Position numbers and translations under genes: made by a program | In this document: in pieces, positions 58,349 through 64,000 of the stretch | How positions within the stretch are numbered: the first letter of the stretch is position 1 | Layout of the letters: every line of letters starts with the position of its first letter | Assembly: GCF_009914755.1 (NCBI RefSeq) | Contig: NC_060930.1 | Strand: one strand, 5' to 3' | Length of the DNA: 64,000 nucleotides | From: the human T2T-CHM13v2.0 reference genome, Homo sapiens | Notes under the pieces: model-generated | What the model saw: only the letters and a program-made list of their open reading frames with translations | Database searches by the model: none | What the model was told of the DNA's origin: nothing

Positions 58349-58715
58349 GGCATAAAGGTGAGGATAATAGAGAGGAACACAATGGATGCTGTTTGTCCAA
58401 TGATGATAAGAGGATGTTCAACTGGTTGCCCCTGATTCATGTTAGTGTAAATACATCAGTCACTGAGATTCAGAATAAGCACTGGCTTAATGGTCTGAAT
58501 GTTATGCTTTGTTATTTAGATATGTGAAGCATAGGGATAATTGCTAGAATGAGAATGGAGGATGCAAGAGCTTATACACTCCCTCATTTGTTAGAGATAG
58601 ATCATAAGATTGCATAGGCAAATAAGAAATACCACTCTGGTTTAATATGGGGCAGGGTGTTGAGAGGGTTAGCTGAAGTATAGTTGTCTCGATCACCTAG
58701 AAGTTCGGGTGAAAA
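58349..58715 (-). pseudogene. MT-CYB: NUMT: mitochondrial CYTB 3' third
   Basis: Reverse strand reads [70 protein letters not shown] (mito code, except AGA shown as R), with TAA stops and a frameshift. Confidence 0.96.
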
Positions 58716-58733
58716 TTGGACTAGAGGGTTAAT
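58716..58733 (-). pseudogene. MT-ND2: NUMT: first six codons of mitochondrial ND2
   Basis: ATT AAC CCT CTA GTC CAA immediately after tRNA-Met. Confidence 0.85.
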
Positions 58734-58801
58734 TAGTACGGGAAGGGTATAACCAATATTTTTGGGGTATGGACCCAATAGCTTATTTAGCTGACCTTAC
58801 T
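58734..58801 (-). pseudogene. MT-TM: NUMT: mitochondrial tRNA-Met copy
   Basis: AGTAAGGTCAGCTAAATAAGCTATTGGGTCCATACCCC..TTATACCCTTCCCGTACTA, 68 nt, CAT anticodon. Confidence 0.96.
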
Positions 58802-58802
58802 A

Positions 58803-58874
58803 TAGGATGTAGTATATTGGGTAGCACAGATAATTTTGGATTCCCAGGGGTTGGTTCAATTCCTCTAATTCTAG
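58803..58874 (+). pseudogene. MT-TQ: NUMT: mitochondrial tRNA-Gln copy
   Basis: TAGGATG..AATTTTGGATTC..GGTTCAATTCC..CTAG, 72 nt, TTG anticodon, opposite strand with a 3-nt overlap to tRNA-Ile as in mtDNA. Confidence 0.93.
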
Positions 58875-58940
58875 AAATAAGAGGGTTTGAACCTCTATAA
58901 TTTATTATATCAAAGTAACTCTTTTGTCAGACATATTTCT
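58872..58940 (-). pseudogene. MT-TI: NUMT: mitochondrial tRNA-Ile copy
   Basis: AGAAATATGTCTGACAAAAGAGTTACTTTGATA..CTTATTTCTA, 69 nt, GAT anticodon. Confidence 0.95.
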
Positions 58941-59061
58941 TATGTTTGGGATGGGATACTGGAGATTAGGACTGGTATTGAGATATGTCATATGCAAAGT
59001 GCTAATGTGAGTGGTAGGAAATTTTTTCATAGAAGATGTATGAGTTGATCATAATGAAATG
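58941..59061 (-). pseudogene. MT-ND1: NUMT: mitochondrial ND1 3' end
   Basis: Reverse strand reads [39 protein letters not shown] then an incomplete TA stop. Confidence 0.95.
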
Positions 59062-60349
59062 TGATCATAGAGAACCTGTACTTCCATACCCACCTAGCAA
59101 TAATACGATGGCATCCCAGTTTCTCTATCAAAGCTATGCCAGAGGAAGACTGCTAAAACATAAAATTTAAATAACTATACAATGTTACAAATATTATAAT
59201 ATTTAGAACATTATAATATTAATATACATTAATATTTATATTTTAATATTATTATAATTCCAAAAATATCAATGTTTTGATAAAAAATCATTCATCAAAA
59301 ATTTACATTTGGAGAAATGGCAATCAATAGACACCAAGATGGCACAAATATTAAAGTTATCTAAAAAGGTTTTAAAGAAGACAATATAAAAATGCTTCAA
59401 TATGCAATTACTTAAACCAAATAAAGAAAATAGAAAGCAACAGCAAATAAATTTAAAGAAGATTCCAATGAAATTTATAGAATTAAAGACATATGGTCAA
59501 AATAAATATCTAAGTAGATGAGCTCAGCAACACAATGGAGAGGGCAGAAAAAGAATCAGTGAACCTGAGGATTGAACAATAGAAATGATTACATCTGAAA
59601 GACAGAAAGAAAATAAACTTTATACAATAAAAAATAAATAGAGCTTCAGGACATGAGAGACTGCAACAAAACATCTAACATTTATGTTATCAAATTTTAG
59701 AACAAAAGAAAGAATTGGGTTGAAAAATGTATCAAAAATTACTTTTTTGTTTGAAATCCGGCAAAAGACATATGTTTTCAATATGTAAAAGCTGAGTAAA
59801 TTTCACATAAGATAACCCAAAGAAATTCACATGTAAACACATCATAGACAAACTTCTGAAAACTAAAGACAAAGAAAACTTCTTGGAAGCAGTCTGAGAG
59901 AAGCAATGCATTATATGGGTGGGGTGGGGGGAAAGGAATTGAACAGGAGTGATCTCCTTAAGAAAAAGAAATTTCAATACAGAATTGTATTTTTAACAAA
60001 ACTATCCTTTACAAATGAAGGAAAACCACAACATTCTCACATGAAGGCAAATGAACAGAATTTGTCATCAGCAGACATCCCCCAAAAGTATTATTAAAGA
60101 CAATTTTTTAAACAGCAATCCATAATAAAAGCAGGAATCTTGGAGTTTCAAGAAGGAAGAAAAAACAAGAGAGCAAAAATGTTCTATCTATAAAATTTTC
60201 TTCTACTCTTGAGTTTTCTAAATTATGCTAGCCAGCTGAAGCAAAGTTTCTAATACTGTGTAATGTTCTAAGTGTTTGGAGAATAAATATTTAAAATAAT
60301 TATATTATACATTGGGAAAAGAGGGGGTATTAAGGAAGGTAAAACTTCT

Positions 60350-60626
60350 ACAACTTATATGAACTGGTATAAGTGGTTGACACAAATAGACTGTCATAAG
60401 TTGTGTGTGTGTGTTTAAGTGTCTGTGTGTGTTTACTAATACCTAGAGCAGTAACTAGGAGAACTATAAAAGACAAACACTCAAAAACAACTTATTTGAA
60501 CTGGTATAAGTGGTTGACACGAATAGACCATCATAAATTGTGTGTGTGTGTTTAAGTGTCTGTCTGTGTTTACTAATACCTAGAGCAACAACTAAGAGAA
60601 CTATCAAAGACAAACACTCAAAAACA
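60350..60626. repeat. 137-bp tandem duplication
   Basis: ACAACTTAT.TGAACTGGTATAAGTGGTTGACAC...GACAAACACTCAAAA twice; about 10 mismatches by manual count. Confidence 0.95.
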
Positions 60627-60791
60627 CTAAGATAAACCAAAATAAAACTCTAACAAATGTTTAAGCAACACACAAAAAAAGTTAAAAAAAATAGAGAATG
60701 AAAAAAACATAGAGAACAAAGAAAAAAACACAACAAATACAGTGGAAGATTTAAGGACTAGCATTAATAATTACATTAAATATAAATAGTT

Positions 60792-61149
60792 TGTATTAGT
60801 CTGTATTCACGCTGCTGATAAAGACATTCCCAAGACTTGGCAATTTACAAAAGAAAGAGGTTTAATGGACTTACAGTTCCACATGGCCGGAAAGGCCGTA
60901 CAATCATGGTGGAAGGCAAGGAGGAGCAAGTCACGTCTTACATGGATGGCGGTAGGCAAAGAGAGAGAGAGCTTGTGTAGGAGAACTCCTCTTTTTAAAA
61001 CCATCAGATCTCATGAGACTTATTTACTATCATGAGAACAGCAAGGGAAAGACCTGCCCTCATGATTCAATTACTTCCCACTGGGTCCCTCCCACAACAT
61101 ATGGGAATTTAAGATGAGATTTGGGTGGGGACACAGCCAAACCATATAA
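60792..61149 (-). mobile_element. THE1B-like MaLR solo LTR
   Basis: TGTATTAGTCTG..GCTGCTGATAAAGACAT..GGAAGGCAAGGAGGAGCAAGTCACGTCTTACATGGATGGC..GGGACACAGCCAAACCATAT. Confidence 0.93.
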
Positions 61150-62645
61150 TGGTGTAAGTTCACCAATAAAGATGGAAATTGGCAGAGCGTGTAAAAGAAC
61201 AAAATTCAATTGTATGCCATCTAGAAGAAATTCACTGCAAATATACTCACATAGGTAGATGGAAGGTAAAAGAATGAAATGTATATGCTACACAAACATT
61301 AATCAAAAGAAAGCAAACTACCAGGCAACGAGAGAGACTTTACATAATAAAAGAATCAATCCATCAGGAAGAAATGTCAATCCTAAATGTGTGTGTATCA
61401 AAAAACAGAGCTATAAAATATTCAAAGCCAAAACAGACAGAACTAAAAAGAAAAATTGGCCAAATCAACAACTGCAGTTTGAGATTTTAAGATCTCTACC
61501 TCAACAATTTATAGAAAAACTAGACAGAAAATTAGCAAGGCTATAGAAATTCACAATACCACCTACCAATAAGATCAAATTGACTTTTATTATAGATCAT
61601 TCCACCCAGTAACAAAAGAATGAACATTCTTGTATAGTGTTCATTGAACATATAGCAAGCTGACAATATCTTGGGCCATAAAACAAACCTCAATACATTT
61701 AAAAAATTGAAATAGTATACAATATATTCTCTCAGCACAATTTAATCAAATTAGAAGTGAATAAAGGAAAAACAGTGAGAAGTTCTCTAAATAACTGAAT
61801 GCTAAATATGATATTTCTGAATAGTACATGAGTCAATGAGAAAGTTTCAAGGGGAATTTTAAAAATACATTGAACTCAAAGAACTGAAAATACAAGATAT
61901 GGTGAGACAGAAATTTCAACAGTAGATGTCAACATCAGGAGAGAGAAAGAGACTCGAATTAATAATCTAAGCTTCTACCTCAAGAAATTATAATAGCAAC
62001 AGGATAAACTTGAAGCAAGGTGAAGAAAGAAAATATAATAAAGCTAAGAGCAGAAATCAACAAAATTGAAAACTGAAAAACAATAAAGAAAACTAGTGAC
62101 ACAAAATGCTGGTTCTCTGAAAGATCAAAAATATATTGATAAATTTTGAACAAAATTGACAGATAAAAAAAGAGATTAGTAATTAGTAATTACTAATATC
62201 AAGAATAAAACAGAGAATCTGACTAAAAACCGTGCAGACATTAAAAGTATAATGAGTAAATAATACAAATGTCTAAAAACATAAATTTGACAATTTAGTA
62301 ATTTGACAATTACTTTTCTTTGAAAAGCAAAAACTATCACCACTTATTCAATATGAAATGTATAATTTAAATTGTCCTATAATTAGTATTGAAATTTAAT
62401 TCATAATTAAAGCCTCCTGAAAAAAATAAACTCAAGGCTTTGATGAATTCACTGAACAATTCTACTAAACATTTAGAAACAAAATAATACAAATTCTACC
62501 AACTAATTTCCAGAAAATAGAAGTGAAGGCAACATTTAACCATCTTATTCTATGCAGCCTGTATTACCCTGGCACCAACAAAGATAAATAAAAACTATAA
62601 ACTAATACATCTCATGAATATAAATGCAAAATTCTTAACAAAAAT

Positions 62646-62937
62646 CAGCCAGCTCTTTATATTAATTGTTTCTGCATCCATGGATTCAACCAACAATGGA
62701 TCAAGAATATTGAAAAAATAATTCCTTCTATACTAAACATGTACAGAATTTGTCTGGTCATTATTTCCCATACAATACAGTATAACACTAATATATAGAG
62801 CATTTACATTATATTAGGTATTATAAGTAATCTAGAGATGCTTTAAAGTATACAGGAGGATATGCATAGATTAAACGCAAGTTCTATACCATTTTATATC
62901 GGAGACTCGAGTATCCACAGATTTCAGTATCCAAGGT
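62646..62937 (-). mobile_element. MER2 DNA transposon (one end missing)
   Basis: TCTGCATCCATGGATTCAACCAAC..TTAGGTATTATAAGTAATCTAGAGATG; reverse-complement similarity to 39971-40285. Confidence 0.85.
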
Positions 62938-63065
62938 ATCACTATACTAGCAAATAGAATTCAGTGATATATAAAAGGGATTCTGTATCATGACCAAGTG
63001 AAATTTATTTCAGAAATTCCAGGAATGTGCAATATTCAAAAATCAGTAAATGTAGTCAACCATTG

Positions 63066-63401
63066 TTTTTTGTTGTTGTTGTTTTGTTTGTTTGTTTGTT
63101 TGTTTGTTTGAGATGGAGTCTTGCTCTGTTGCCCAGGCTGGAGTGTAATGGCACAAACTCGGCTCACTGCAAACTCTGCCTCCCGGGTTCAAGCAATTCT
63201 CCTGCCTTGGCTTCCTGAGCAGCTGGGACTACAGGTGCGAGCCGCCACGCCCTGCTAATTTTTTTTTTTTTTTTGTATTTTAGTAGAAGCGGGGTTTCAC
63301 CGTGTTAACCAGGTTGGTCGCGAACTCCTGAGCTCAGGCAATATGCCAGCCTTGGCCTCCCAAAGTGCTGGAATTACAAGCATGAGCCACCGTGTCCGGC
63401 T
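63066..63401 (-). mobile_element. Alu (AluS-type) with (TTG)/(TTTG) tail
   Basis: Full dimer; TSD GTCAACCATT at 63055-63064 and 63416-63425. Confidence 0.93.
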
Positions 63402-63698
63402 GTCAACGCCCGGCTGTCAACCATTTTAATAGGCTAAAAAAAAAAACAAAAAAAAAAACCACACACATAATTATGAAAAAACATGATGACAATCAATTGC
63501 ATGCCAAACAAGCAAAATTTGACTAAACTGAACAATTATTCATTTTTAAAACAAATAAATGCAACCCTATCAGAAAACTAGAAATAAAGGAAATTTCTTC
63601 AACTTGATTTTAAAAAAATCTTTAAAAAATCTACATCTAATCCTGTAGAACTGAATAACAAAAAATGGAACAGTTTCCCCTTAAGACTGGGAACAAGG

Positions 63699-64000
<302 letters not shown>

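Larger units (their letters stand above)
57470..63697 (+). mobile_element. Ancient L1M (L1MC/MD-like) 5'UTR-ORF1-ORF2 remnant hosting the NUMT, THE1, MER2 and Alus
   Basis: ORF1-like A-rich sequence at 59330-60100 (AGAATCAGTGAACCTGAG..), ORF2-like sequence at 61150-63697 (TGGGCCATAAAACAAACCTCAATACATTT; TTCCCCTTAAGACTGGGAACAAGG). Confidence 0.75.

Noticed and set aside
58734-58940. Three tRNA genes as functional nuclear tRNAs
   Set aside because: Mitochondrial-type IQM cluster inside a NUMT, carrying substitutions; treated as pseudogenes.

Overview
AT-rich primate (very probably human) nuclear DNA, intronic or intergenic and dominated by repeats. No intact protein-coding gene is recognisable. 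Most long ORF-track entries are Alu or L1 fragments or chance frames. Three features stand out. (1) An ~0.7 kb ancient NUMT (58349-59061, minus strand) in which mitochondrial ND1(3')-trnI-trnQ-trnM and the ND2 start are joined directly and in frame to the last third of CYTB; these segments lie ~11 kb apart in mtDNA. (2) A processed ZC3H14 pseudogene (~52152-55577, minus), interrupted by a Tigger4a-type element and by a truncated MST LTR with an adjoining deletion. (3) An 11 kb nested L1 stack (30450-41730). The window also holds two twin-primed (5'-inverted) L1PA insertions, several Alu, MaLR, Tigger and MER elements, local tandem and dispersed duplications, and a few weakly supported small + strand exon candidates. 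Repeat subfamily names and parent-gene comparisons come from recalled consensus sequences and need RepeatMasker/BLAST confirmation. I found no convincing new multi-gene system; the chimeric NUMT is the most unusual object.
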